From the IMG/VR virus record IMGVR_UViG_2791354774_000003: a DNA stretch of 64,000 bases; one strand, written 5' to 3'. The number at the start of each line of letters is the position of its first letter. Position 1 is the first letter of the stretch. Shown piece by piece: positions 44,722-54,712 of this stretch. The translations under genes were made by a program, and so were the position numbers. The DNA comes from a virus (Duplodnaviria; Caudoviricetes). The notes beneath the pieces are model-generated. The model was given only the letters and a program-made list of their open reading frames with translations. It was not told the DNA's origin and ran no database searches.

Positions 44722-46110
44722 TCAGCCGCGCTTGTAATAAGCGTTGGCGCGGGCCTGGAGGTCGGCGGGCGTCATGGCACGCTGGCGCTGGCCCTTGTCG
44801 TCGCGGACATAGCCGGACGTCGCCGATTGCAGCGTATCGACGGTGCGCGCGGCATTGCTATCCAGCATCATCTGAGACGAGGCGCGGAAAGCAACGTTGA
44901 CCTCGGCCGGGGTCATCGCAGCGATGCGATGCGACTGCACGTGACCGAGCACCGCGCCGACAGCGGAACGGCCCGCATCGGTCGTCAGCGCGGCCTTCAG
45001 CGCATCGCGCTTGAAGGAACTCATCGCGTCACGGTGCGACTTGGAGCCAGGCTTGGCGTCGTTGGTCGGGCGGTTGAGGCTCGGAGCAAGGATCGCGGCG
45101 CGTGCCACGGCATCCTGAGTCGCCATGTCCTCCGGGTCCGCCATGTCATCGACGGCTTCGGACAGCTCCTCAACCCTCTCCACGGTCTCGGTGATCTTCG
45201 GCAGCAGCGGCTCGATCTTGTCTGTGAGCGCAGTCAGCGCCTCCATGATCGGCGCATTCGCTTCGGCGATCAGCGCCTTGACCTTCTCCTCGTCCATGTC
45301 CTTGTTCTCCTCGGGATCGCCCTCCTCGTCCTTGAGGAGCCCATCAGGGTCATTCGGGTTGGGTTGGTCGCCTTCGCCCTCGGGCTTGGCGGGCGGCGGA
45401 CTGCCGACGTTGACGACGATGTGATGCCCATCGCCTTCGTGTGCCGACTCGTCGCCGGACATGCCGGCATCCGCCTCGGCTAGGACTTCTTCACGGGCGG
45501 CCTCATCCTTAGCCTTGAAGGCGCGGCGGAGGATGTCGCCAATGGAGGTCTTTCGGTTGGTCATGAGAGGCTTCCTGTCTCGGATGGCGCAGGAGGGTCC
45601 GCACCGGCCTTCATCGACCAGCGAGACGTGATTTCCGCGTATGCGGATCTGCCGGGCTCGCCCCGGCTCAATCGCCTCGTAGTCGGCATCGTAGCCGTTC
45701 GAGACTTCGCGCTTGCCGGCCCTGATCTTGGCGATGGTGGTCGGGTCATAGACCATGATATCGCCAAGCAGTCGGTCGGAAAGTTCACCCTCCCCGCGCC
45801 GGGGGTTCATGACGACGCCCCGCATGAGCGTCCGCCAATTCTTCGTATCGACATCCTCATCGGGATGGTCGTCGGTGAAGGGCTTGCCGCGGAAGCTTTC
45901 GATCGCCGCCTCGGAGAAAACCTCATCCTCGTCGCGAACCGCGATGATCTGGCCGTTCTTGGCAGGAATGCTCGGAAGTTCGTGCGCGTAGTAGGTTTGC
46001 TCACCCGTTCGAGCGAGCGGTACGTCGCGGCAGATCAAAAAGCCTTCAGGCGTGGTTTCGAGGCGCGGCGGTATGATCGCCGCGTCAATGACACGATGGC
46101 GCTCAGTCAT
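44722..46110 (-). CDS. DUF2213 prohead protease/scaffold
   Basis: TPEGFLICRDVPLARTG...NHVSLVDEGRCG. Confidence 0.88.
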   Translation of the reverse strand: MTERHRVIDAAIIPPRLETTPEGFLICRDVPLARTGEQTYYAHELPSIPAKNGQIIAVRDEDEVFSEAAIESFRGKPFTDDHPDEDVDTKNWRTLMRGVVMNPRRGEGELSDRLLGDIMVYDPTTIAKIRAGKREVSNGYDADYEAIEPGRARQIRIRGNHVSLVDEGRCGPSCAIRDRKPLMTNRKTSIGDILRRAFKAKDEAAREEVLAEADAGMSGDESAHEGDGHHIVVNVGSPPPAKPEGEGDQPNPNDPDGLLKDEEGDPEENKDMDEEKVKALIAEANAPIMEALTALTDKIEPLLPKITETVERVEELSEAVDDMADPEDMATQDAVARAAILAPSLNRPTNDAKPGSKSHRDAMSSFKRDALKAALTTDAGRSAVGAVLGHVQSHRIAAMTPAEVNVAFRASSQMMLDSNAARTVDTLQSATSGYVRDDKGQRQRAMTPADLQARANAYYKRG

Positions 46111-46113
46111 GGC

Positions 46114-46653
46114 TCAGATCGGAGCGAACTCTTCGGGGCCGAAGCGCAACTCACCCGCGAACGCCTTGAGGCGAGACGGGTCAGCCGTACCGAGGCGGCC
46201 GGCGAACGTGATGTGCGGCGCGTAGCTCGGATGATCCCAAGAGCATCCGCCGCGCCGAAACTCATCCCAGCGAAGGTTCAGGGGTTCAGAGGCGAAGCGG
46301 AGGACGGATACATCACCGTCGAACGTCTCGACGCGACGCGGGCCACCCGCTGGCACAACGAGGTCATCGGCGGCGAACCAAGAGGGAAACTTGAACCAAT
46401 CAACCGGAGCCCGACTGTAGGCCACGGTGACATGCATTTGATCCTGCGGCACGAGATCGACGAAGCCGCACCGCCGTGCCCACTCCGTCATTCGGGAGGC
46501 GCTATCAGCGTCCAAGGGACGCGAGACGTAGAGAGGCGCCGCGCCTCCAGCATCACGAATGCGCAGCGAGCGCCCCGCGACATTGACGTCCAGCACTAGA
46601 CCGCTGCGGCGCGAAGGAAGCGCCCCGCAGGCGCCTCCGCAGGCTTGGCACAT
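46114..46653 (-). CDS. 2H phosphodiesterase, Acb1 (anti-CBASS, T4 gp57B)-like
   Basis: Two HxT motifs: MHVTVAYSR and YAPHITF; LYVSR N-terminus. Confidence 0.75.
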   Translation of the reverse strand: MCQACGGACGALPSRRSGLVLDVNVAGRSLRIRDAGGAAPLYVSRPLDADSASRMTEWARRCGFVDLVPQDQMHVTVAYSRAPVDWFKFPSWFAADDLVVPAGGPRRVETFDGDVSVLRFASEPLNLRWDEFRRGGCSWDHPSYAPHITFAGRLGTADPSRLKAFAGELRFGPEEFAPI

Positions 46654-46675
46654 AGAGAGCGTTCCTTGCCCGCGA

Positions 46676-47515
46676 CTACAGGTCGTCGAGGATCGGTTCG
46701 GGGTAGCAGCGGCAATTGAAGATGGCGCCGGGGAGCGCCTTCAAGTCCGGCTCGTCACAGACTGGGGGATCATCCCAGCGGAAAACCTTGCCGTTGAGCT
46801 TCTTGTGCGAGGCGCGAACGTCGCTATCGCCAACGGTGATCCACCGGAAGTGTGTGGACCCAACATGCTCGGCGCGTGCGCGCGTCAGCGTCGTTGCTGC
46901 GCGTCCGCACTCGGTGCGGGCGATCAGGGTTGCCTTGCTGCGCGAGACGCCCTCGCCCTCCATGATGGCCTTGGCAAGCGTCTCGGCCCGCATACCTTGC
47001 GACAGCCCTTCCCGCGCAAGCGTTTGAACCCGCTCAGCGGCATCAAGCGGAATGGAGCGGATCAGTATCACCTGCTCCGTCTGAAGTGATCTCATCACCT
47101 GCCCGGTCGGGGCCGCTTGGATCTCGCGCTTGAGTTCGCGCCCCATGCGAGACGCGACCTTGAACCAGCTTCTCTCGTCTCGCGCCGCTGTCTCGCGCAC
47201 CATCCGCTCGGCGACGGCTTCGGCCCATGGTGCGACCGTATCGGCATAGCGCCGGAGCGCCGCCGAAGCCGCGCTTGAACCAATCAGCGATGCTACGTCG
47301 TGCGCCCCGAGGATATCGCCGATGTGCTTCGCGATTGAACGGAGCCGGGTTTCGTAGATCTGGACGATTTTGGTCGCCCGGATGAACGCAGAGCGAGGTG
47401 ATGGGCCGCGGTCGCGATGCTGGACACCGGATCGTTGTCCATCCAGCAATGGCGGCCGTGGTCGAAGACAGGACGGACACGCCCGCGGGTCGAGCCGGTA
47501 GGGCGATTGCGCCAT
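46676..47515 (-). CDS. SPP1 gp7-like head morphogenesis protein
   Basis: LIARTE...WITVGDSDVRASH...PGAIFNCRC. Confidence 0.88.
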   Translation of the reverse strand: MAQSPYRLDPRACPSCLRPRPPLLDGQRSGVQHRDRGPSPRSAFIRATKIVQIYETRLRSIAKHIGDILGAHDVASLIGSSAASAALRRYADTVAPWAEAVAERMVRETAARDERSWFKVASRMGRELKREIQAAPTGQVMRSLQTEQVILIRSIPLDAAERVQTLAREGLSQGMRAETLAKAIMEGEGVSRSKATLIARTECGRAATTLTRARAEHVGSTHFRWITVGDSDVRASHKKLNGKVFRWDDPPVCDEPDLKALPGAIFNCRCYPEPILDDL

Positions 47516-47530
47516 CTGCGGTGATCGCGC

Positions 47531-47752
47531 TCAGTCCTCGTTAGACGCCTTTTCCACGGTGTGATCCGTGCTCGGGACCGCAGGACCAGTCGAGGCAATG
47601 CCGGCATTGGACAGGGGCGTTTCGGGCACGCCCGCGAGCGGCACGGCCGGAGCAGTCGAGGCCGAGTTCGGCACCGGCTCTGAATGCTTCGTCTCCGTCA
47701 CGGCCTGAGCGGACGGCTTCGTCTCAGTGGACTTGTTCTTCTCGGTCATGAT
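47531..47752 (-). CDS. Small low-complexity hypothetical protein
   Basis: RBS GGAGA; MTEKNKSTETKPS... Confidence 0.45.
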   Translation of the reverse strand: MMTEKNKSTETKPSAQAVTETKHSEPVPNSASTAPAVPLAGVPETPLSNAGIASTGPAVPSTDHTVEKASNED

Positions 47753-47768
47753 GCGTCTCCATACGTCG

Positions 47769-49283
47769 CTAGGCTGCCGCGGGGATGCGGGGCACGAGGG
47801 ACAAGATGCGCTTGGGGTCAGCGTTGACCTCGCCCGGCTCACTCACGGGCTTGGCTCCGTCACCTTCATCACTCTCCGGCGGCGGCGCGGCAGTATCCGC
47901 CTCGTCCGCCTCTGCACGAGCAATGTCGTCGTCGCTCACTGATGCGAAAATGCCGGTCGTCTCGCTTGAGCGCTTCAACTCGCGAAGGATAATCGACGGC
48001 TTGAGAGCGGCAGTCCCTTCGGCAGTCGAAAGAGCCGTTGCCACTTGAACTGCGATTTCGGCCTTTTCCTTGTCGTTCAGTCCGTACAGCGAGGCGAACC
48101 GGAAGCCGAAAGTGGAGGGCGGCGCCTCGCCGTACTCGCTACGGAAGGTGATATGCGCGATGACTTCTAGTGGTCGGCGCAGATCCCTTTCCTGCGAGAG
48201 GTGGATATTATCGTTGTAAGACCGAAGGTCACTTTCACCGGTTGAAAAGCCGGCAGGGCTCATCCCGAACAACTTCACGATCGGCATATCAATGGCGCCA
48301 GCGATCTGCTGTGCCATTTGAACCATGACATCCGATAGGCCGCTGAAGTTATAGCTCAGCGCGCTGAAATCATCCTCGGAATCCAGAAGAGTCAAACCCT
48401 CATTCGTCTGGAAGCGGCGGATCAACTCGACTTGCGTCAGCGCAGCGGCGAACGGCTTTCCGCCCGTCGCGATGTTCTTGCGCAAATCCTTCATCTTCAG
48501 AATGCGCAAATGGGCTTTGTAGACCATCTGGGCCATGCCGAGTGTGGTGGAGTCGAAGGCCACCAGCCGGTCATGGAAGGTCTCCACGACTGACATGCCC
48601 CAACCCATTTCGGCTTGGCGCTGATAGTAGGGAAGATCGTTTCCCTCCAAGCGGACCACGCGGGTGTGGTGTATCCACCGGCCGCCGACCGCTGCGCCGG
48701 AACTCTGGCCCGCAATGACAGCGTACCCAACCGGACGCCCAAAGTCTGGACCAAGCTCAGTCACCGTCTCCGTGGACGGTGTCAGCGCCCAGCGGTCAAT
48801 CGGCAGAAGGCCCTTGAACTGGCCTTTCGTAATCGTGGCGGGATCAAGTGGCGTTGTAAGATCCTGCCCCTCGATCAGGATGACCGCTAGGGCACCCCCG
48901 TAAAGACGGGCCCACCGGATCGTGGATGCCAGCTTCCCCCAGACATCGAGCCGGTCAAGAGCGTTCTGAAGCACAAGCGGGTTGCGCTCCTGAGATTCGC
49001 TGTTCTCACCTAGGCCATAGAACTCAATGCCCGCTCGCGTCATGTCGTCAGCCGGCACGCTGACTGCCTGCCGCACGATCCACGACGATCGATACATCGC
49101 CTCCAACTCGGCACGGTTACGCGTTAGCGGGGTAATCCCGTAGCGCGAACTCGACATCTGATTGTCGGCGCCGAGACCAAGCGCGGCTTCGAAATTCTGG
49201 AAGCTATCGGTCGTGCGGGCGTCGGTCGTCCTACGGACGCCGGCCGGCACACGAACGCGAGGCTTAGTGATCTCCTCTGTCAT
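47769..49283 (-). CDS. Portal protein (DUF1073)
   Basis: MYRSSW...WARLYGG...LFGMSPAGFSTGESD. Confidence 0.9.
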   Translation of the reverse strand: MTEEITKPRVRVPAGVRRTTDARTTDSFQNFEAALGLGADNQMSSSRYGITPLTRNRAELEAMYRSSWIVRQAVSVPADDMTRAGIEFYGLGENSESQERNPLVLQNALDRLDVWGKLASTIRWARLYGGALAVILIEGQDLTTPLDPATITKGQFKGLLPIDRWALTPSTETVTELGPDFGRPVGYAVIAGQSSGAAVGGRWIHHTRVVRLEGNDLPYYQRQAEMGWGMSVVETFHDRLVAFDSTTLGMAQMVYKAHLRILKMKDLRKNIATGGKPFAAALTQVELIRRFQTNEGLTLLDSEDDFSALSYNFSGLSDVMVQMAQQIAGAIDMPIVKLFGMSPAGFSTGESDLRSYNDNIHLSQERDLRRPLEVIAHITFRSEYGEAPPSTFGFRFASLYGLNDKEKAEIAVQVATALSTAEGTAALKPSIILRELKRSSETTGIFASVSDDDIARAEADEADTAAPPPESDEGDGAKPVSEPGEVNADPKRILSLVPRIPAAA

Positions 49284-49309
49284 GGGCAGCGTGCTGTCCT
49301 CTCGCGCCC

Positions 49310-50623
49310 TTAGTTCAGAAGGCTGGCCCACATGTCGGGGTCGTAGGTTTCGTCATCAAGCATCAGTTCGGTCAGCGCCCAGACCGCCGCATCCACTCGG
49401 TTTGGGGAACCCTCACCGAGGAAGCCATCGCCGGTCATCGAGACCATTTCGTCTTCTAGGGCTTCGAGCCCTTCGCCGACGTGCGAGACACGCCCCTGTT
49501 CGTAAAGGGCTGCGATCGGCTCGGCGCGGACCACCTTGCCCCGCGTCGCGTTGACGAGCTTCACGGCCACGTTCGGGTTGGCCGTTCGAATGACACTCTC
49601 GACCATCGCGCCGCCGTAGTTGCGCTCAGCGGCGATGCGGTCGGCCTTGAAGTGCGCGTAAGCCTCAACCGAACGTCGCCCCCACCCGGCGGGCGAAAGC
49701 TTGCACGTCCAATCGCCGAGGATGTAGCCCCGGCCGTCGAACCCCTTCCCGGCCGCAACGATGCCGATGCTGTCGCCGCCGTCAGCTTGTCCCGCCGTAC
49801 CTGAAGGATCTACGCCCACCACCACGCGAGCGAGCGGTGGCGCCTCACGAACCTTGCGGGCAACGTCGATCATGGCCCGCGTCCAGAGGGCGCCAGGCAC
49901 ATCATCGAGGATTTCGGCTTCCAGCTCCTGTCGGCCTAGCCGTGTGCCTGCGTATCGCTCCTTCAGTCGGGCGAGGAACTGCGCCGGCAGGTTCTCGGCA
50001 TTGTCGAAGGTCGAACCGCGGGTGACGACGGTCGCCGCATCCGCCAAGATCTCCCGAATGACCGGGATCGGCCGCGGGGTGGTGGTCACGAACACGCGCG
50101 GATCAGTGCCGCTGCGCATCGTGAACTGAAGCATGTCCCAGATCTCGCGGGCGTAGCGATACTTCGCTAGCTCGTCCATCCAGGCAGTATCGAACTCGGG
50201 ACCGCGAAGCTGATCAGGCTCGGTGCCGTTGTAGCCCAGAGCCACCGCGCCGTTCGGCCAGATCAGGCGAACCGGCTTGTAGCGAACCGTCGGGGCTTCC
50301 TTCGGCGGGTGGATCGCGATCAGCCGCGCCACCACCACCTCTTCCAAGTCCTTTTGCGTCTCGGCGATCAGAGCGATGCTGCGGGCGCCGTTCTTAACTC
50401 GGTCGCGCACCCATTGTGCGCCGGCCTCCGTCTTCCCGAACCCACGGCCGGCGAGGGCCAGCCATGTCTGCCAATCGCCGTCAGGGGCGATCTGGTTGGG
50501 CCGCGCCCAGAAGCGCCAGTCCCAGAGGAGTTCTTCGGACTGAGCCTCACTCAGGCTCGCCAGCACCGCCTGTCTTTGATCCGCCGGCAGTGAGGCGAGC
50601 GAGCTTGCTAGAGAGGAGTTCAC
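49310..50623 (-). CDS. Terminase large subunit
   Basis: Walker A AGRGFGKT, WMDE, TTTP, VGVDP, SPNRVDA; start uncertain. Confidence 0.93.
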   Translation of the reverse strand: MNSSLASSLASLPADQRQAVLASLSEAQSEELLWDWRFWARPNQIAPDGDWQTWLALAGRGFGKTEAGAQWVRDRVKNGARSIALIAETQKDLEEVVVARLIAIHPPKEAPTVRYKPVRLIWPNGAVALGYNGTEPDQLRGPEFDTAWMDELAKYRYAREIWDMLQFTMRSGTDPRVFVTTTPRPIPVIREILADAATVVTRGSTFDNAENLPAQFLARLKERYAGTRLGRQELEAEILDDVPGALWTRAMIDVARKVREAPPLARVVVGVDPSGTAGQADGGDSIGIVAAGKGFDGRGYILGDWTCKLSPAGWGRRSVEAYAHFKADRIAAERNYGGAMVESVIRTANPNVAVKLVNATRGKVVRAEPIAALYEQGRVSHVGEGLEALEDEMVSMTGDGFLGEGSPNRVDAAVWALTELMLDDETYDPDMWASLLN

Positions 50624-51014
50624 GAGCGCTCGTCTCTTCGGTCTTGATCGGGCCGCCGCCGGGACCGGACAATTCGGTCTTCGTCGTGTCGGTCCACTCG
50701 TCACCGCCCATGTTCTTCAGGCCAAAGACGATGATGGTCGCAGTTCCGGGACCGCCGCCTGTCGTCGCAACGCGCAGAGCAGCGCGCTCCCAATGAAGCA
50801 AGCGCCCTGCCTTCGCGCGCGATACCGCTTCCGAAAACTCGGGGTGCTCAGCCATCCACTCGTTGATCGTGGATCTTGCGACACCGATGATCCCGGCCAC
50901 AGCGCCGAGTGAGAGGCCGTTGGCCATCTCAGCCTCAACCACGCCACAGAACGCCGGATCGTACTTCGTTGGCCGACCGCCCGCCCCTTTCTTCGGCTCT
51001 GTCTCTGAGCCCAT
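50547..51014 (-). CDS. Terminase small subunit
   Basis: GRPTKYDP HTH...WMAEHPEF...ELSGPGGGPI. Confidence 0.88.
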   Translation of the reverse strand: MGSETEPKKGAGGRPTKYDPAFCGVVEAEMANGLSLGAVAGIIGVARSTINEWMAEHPEFSEAVSRAKAGRLLHWERAALRVATTGGGPGTATIIVFGLKNMGGDEWTDTTKTELSGPGGGPIKTEETSARELLSSKLARLTAGGSKTGGAGEPE

Positions 51015-51108
51015 GGTGATTGTCCTACGGAAGCCTGCGAGCCGTCAGAGCCATTGCGAGGTTGGCGGCGAGGATGAGAGCCCAGACAAGGGCGAGGTCT
51101 TTCACCGC

Positions 51109-52835
51109 CTACTCGCGGGGCTCGTGAGCGATGCAGCCGAAGCTTGGGGCCGTTCGCAGGATGCCCCATTGAGCCTCACCACAGGAGTCTTCCCCAACGG
51201 CCCAAGCCAACGTGTTGGCCTGACGTGGTTCGCCGTGCTCGCTACTTTCAGAAAGGCGGCAGTCGCCCACTGAGCGGTCCATATCAACATGCCAATGCCG
51301 GCACGTCTCACAGGTCTGCATCTGCAAATCCTAGCCGTGAGAGGAATGATTGTGAAGGCTCCGCAAAGACACCGGCAACCAATCGGTCCTTGCTAACCGG
51401 CAGCTCGTAGGTGTGAAAGTCAATGAAGCTCAGCGCCTCTTCCCTGCCGAGCGTGTCGATCATCTCTTGGCGCTCTACCCACGAGATCGCGCCACGCTCA
51501 TAGGCGCTCACGATAAGGGTGTGCAGGCGGCCGATGATATTCCCGACGTCAGGGTCCATGCGGAGGGTGAGCGAAACGACGGCCTCAGCCACGGCGATGC
51601 CCCTGAGGGCGCCCCTTCACGAAGCCGTCGACGGCCGAGACGACGAACAGGATGACGACGAAGGCGGCGAACGCGCCGAGGAAGGCAGCGCACGTCACGC
51701 CGAGGACGTAGACGACCGTCGAGAGGATGCCGAACAGGAAATCCATCACCGCCTATCCTGTTTCGAGTGGGTCGAACTGACGGACGGGGCTCTTAGCTTG
51801 GCAATCTCGATTGGCTGGCAGATATGAAATGTGACGCGCAATCTTGAACGTTTGACCGGCCGGGCGTCAGCGTAGCCTTCGAACGCTTTGAACCGACGAA
51901 TGTCCTCATCCGTCAACGCATCGAGCCTAGCCTCGTCAACATCGTGAGGCATAGCCTGAATATCAGACAGGGCCAACCGCGGCATCACCGCCTATCCTGT
52001 GCCCGGTATGCCGAGCCGATGAGAAGCCGGGCGTGACAGTCGAAGTCTTCGCGGGCCAGCTCCCGACGAGCGGCAGCGGCGGCTTCAAGCACTTCGGCCG
52101 GGTCTTCGTTGCCGATCTGATCAGCGTCCAGCGCAATCAACTCAGCCATGGCCGCCCGCCGTCGCAGCCTCTTCGCCATATCGACAGCGCCCTTCACATT
52201 CGGAGCGTCATCCATGCGGGCGCTATGAGCGGAAAGGCCGGAGGGGAGGATCATGCGGCCCATCCGCCGTCTTGGTGCCGCACGACAGCAGCATCGAACA
52301 AGCCGTGGGGATGGGATCGCTGATAGCCCGAACGTCTCATCGCCTCGCCGTATGCGACGCCAGCAGCACGAAGCTCTGCGACAGCAGCCTCGCGGCCAGA
52401 TGCGTAAGGCGCTTGGCAGACTTCCTGCGCGGCCCTGATCAGACGCTCATGCGCCTCGCGGGGAACGGCGATCATATGCATGCTCTCACTCCCCCACCGC
52501 ATGCCGATCGCCCTTCGGCTTCCGCTTCTGCTCTCTGACGGCCTTGGCGAGAGCTTCTTCCGTGAGGCCGTGGTCGCGAGCGATGCGGGAGATGAGGCGG
52601 CGGTCGGATTCGGTCATGCCGCCTGAGCCTTGAACCTGCCGCCGAAGCTGTACTGAACGGGTGTGCCCTCGAATTCCGGCAATCCGCCTAGCCGCTCAAT
52701 CGCGCGCCTGTCGGAGTTGAGCGCGTAGACGAACAGGCCGCGTGAGCCAGCGCCCACAACAGGCTGCCGAACACCATGCCGAGCCAGATGCTCCGACAAG
52801 CGCCTGCCAACCTCCATCAGCGCTTTGTCAGCCAT
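51109..52835 (-). other. Run of short hypothetical late genes (51109-51327, 51308-51592, 51746-51988, 51985-52263, 52251-52502, 52614-52835)
   Basis: Closely packed ORFs between the late leader and terS. Confidence 0.5.
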
Positions 52836-52857
52836 GGCGCTCGTCCTGCGAGAGGGG

Positions 52858-53068
52858 TTCGATGACGGGCCGGACTCGACACCGGCTGTAGCCCGCCTCA
52901 GTCTATCGAGGTGGCGCTTGCAGGATTTATCAGGGATCTGGCATCCAGCTTTTAGCTGGGTAGCTTCACACGGCACCGTGCCTACCTGACCGTGTACCCT
53001 TGGGCCGAACGGGCACCCGCTCGCCTGCATTGTCCCTCAGCACGTCCTTCCGTGCCGCCGTCATCGAA
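52858..53068 (-). ncRNA. tRNA-scaffold-like structured RNA (211 nt)
   Basis: 11-bp closing stem TTCGATGACGG/CCGTCATCGAA; D-like arm GCAC-GGAAGGAC-GTGC; T-like arm GCCGG-TGTCGAGT-CCGGC. Confidence 0.5.
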
Positions 53069-53408
53069 CTCGAATTCGGGGCGAGCTATCAGCCCCGCTG
53101 ACGCAGAGCCGATTGTCTTAGCTGCGACCCTCGCCCAGCCGCAGAGCACCCCGTGACTGTGGCCCTAGGAGCCACCGCATTCCGCCACGGGGAGCAGAGA
53201 TGCGGTTCGCGGAACGCCACTGTCGGACGCCCGGAAGGCTTCGATGACGGGCTTGACGCATGGCCTCATTCAACCCGCCACCCCTATGTCATCAGGTGAC
53301 AGTCGGCGGGCACCACGTCATCGAATTCGCCACCGCCCAGACCGGTCAGCGTCAGGGTGCAAAGGGGCGCGAGGCTTGAAGCGCTGTCCGATGCCTGGGC
53401 GGGGAGCT

Positions 53409-53484
53409 TGGAGCCGAGGGCTGGGATCGAACCAGCGACCGCCCGCTTACAAGGCGGGTGCTCTGCCATCTGAGCTACGTCGGC
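53409..53484 (-). tRNA. Phage tRNA-Thr(TGT)
   Basis: GCCGACGTAGCTCAGATGGCAGAGCACCCGCCTTGTAAGCGGGCGGTCGCTGGTTCGATCCCAGCCCTCGGCTCCA; C6:C67 mismatch. Confidence 0.9.
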
Positions 53485-53793
53485 AAACTGATTGATGCGG
53501 GCAGGGCCTGCTACCGAACCCCGCATTGCGATCCGAGGCGTGTCATCCGAGCCGGAGCAGCGGCGGTGCCTCGTCCTACGGCCAGCAGATTGAGCGCGGG
53601 TCTATGTGCGCTCTCAGGGCCGAAGCCCTTTCACCGTGTCGCCGCACCAAACTGGAATTTTAGGGACAACAACCCTTTCGCCTCGGGCCTAGGGGTCCGT
53701 GGGCCGGGCCGCTCTGACCGTCAACATGCGCGAGGCGCTAGGACTTGGCCGGCAGGTATCCTGCCGACATAGATGCATCGCTATTTCGTTCTG

Positions 53794-54489
53794 TCAAGCG
53801 GCGCGAACAGATTGTGCGGGGACATCAACACAGATGGTCCCGCCCGTGAATGGAACTTCCACCTTCACCCGGCCTGTGCGCTCGTCCACGCGGCTCACCT
53901 TGCCCGACTGCCCGGTAAAGGCGCCCTCTTCCACGACCACATCATCGCCGATAGCGAACAGGATGCGTCGAGCTGCTTCGATGTCACCGCCGTAACCAGT
54001 GATGCAGTCCGCGAAGTTCTGAAGCTCTTCTGCCGAGATCACCATCGGAGCACCGCCTGGCCCCATGACCGTACCCTTTCGGCCGAAGCCCGTACGGTCG
54101 TCGTAGACGCCGGGGTGTTCCTCGGCCTTCTTCAACTCCTGCCAGTTGCGGACGCCGACGAACAGCAGGCGCCGCAGGACCGGGATCAGCGCCGTCCGAA
54201 CCTTGCCGATGTCGGACACGAGACGCACCGCCTCGCGAGCCTCGAACACCGGAATGCCGACCGCCGCAATCTGCTCGGCGGCCCACGATGCACGGCGCGG
54301 GAGGGCGCGGACGACGTACCATGTCCGATCAGGGTCCACGATAAATCGATCCTGGGTCTCCCTGGCGGCCGAATAGGCCCCTGCCCGCACCGACTGCATG
54401 TTGACGGCGACTTTGCGCCTCACGGCCCGTTTCTGAGCCTTCTGGCGGGCAGCCGCTCGACGGAGGGCCTGGCGTTCCTTGTTGGTCAT
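53794..54489 (-). CDS. NusG-like late antiterminator
   Basis: NGN WYVVRA...LLFV; KOW GDDVVVEEGAFTGQSGKV. Confidence 0.85.
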   Translation of the reverse strand: MTNKERQALRRAAARQKAQKRAVRRKVAVNMQSVRAGAYSAARETQDRFIVDPDRTWYVVRALPRRASWAAEQIAAVGIPVFEAREAVRLVSDIGKVRTALIPVLRRLLFVGVRNWQELKKAEEHPGVYDDRTGFGRKGTVMGPGGAPMVISAEELQNFADCITGYGGDIEAARRILFAIGDDVVVEEGAFTGQSGKVSRVDERTGRVKVEVPFTGGTICVDVPAQSVRAA

Positions 54490-54508
54490 GGCGGCTTTCC
54501 TCCGAAGG

Positions 54509-54712
54509 CTACGGGTTAGGTGAGGCGGGAACTTGAGCGGTGAGGCGCCCGGCAATGCGCACTCGCCGATCCGATGAAATCTCGACGGTTTCGAGCGTCG
54601 CCCATGTCGTCTCGCATCTGAGGCAGCGACGGCGGCGACGGATGGCGTTGGGAGCGTCCCGGCTGTCGAGGACGCGGGAGGTTGGCCAGCCGCAGGCGGG
54701 GCAGCAGATCAT
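54509..54712 (-). CDS. NrdR-like Zn-ribbon protein
   Basis: CPACG...VLDSR...IRRRRRCLRCETTWATLE. Confidence 0.75.
   Translation of the reverse strand: MICCPACGWPTSRVLDSRDAPNAIRRRRRCLRCETTWATLETVEISSDRRVRIAGRLTAQVPASPNP

Noticed and set aside
50547-50704. Possible TerS-TerL frameshift fusion
   Set aside because: The overlap is explained by an internal GTG start; no slippery site was recognised.
51746-52001. Short repeat CATCACCGCCTATCCTGT at about 51743 and 51983
   Set aside because: Coincides with RBS/stop-start junctions of adjacent small genes; most likely a gene-cassette recombination junction, with only two copies.
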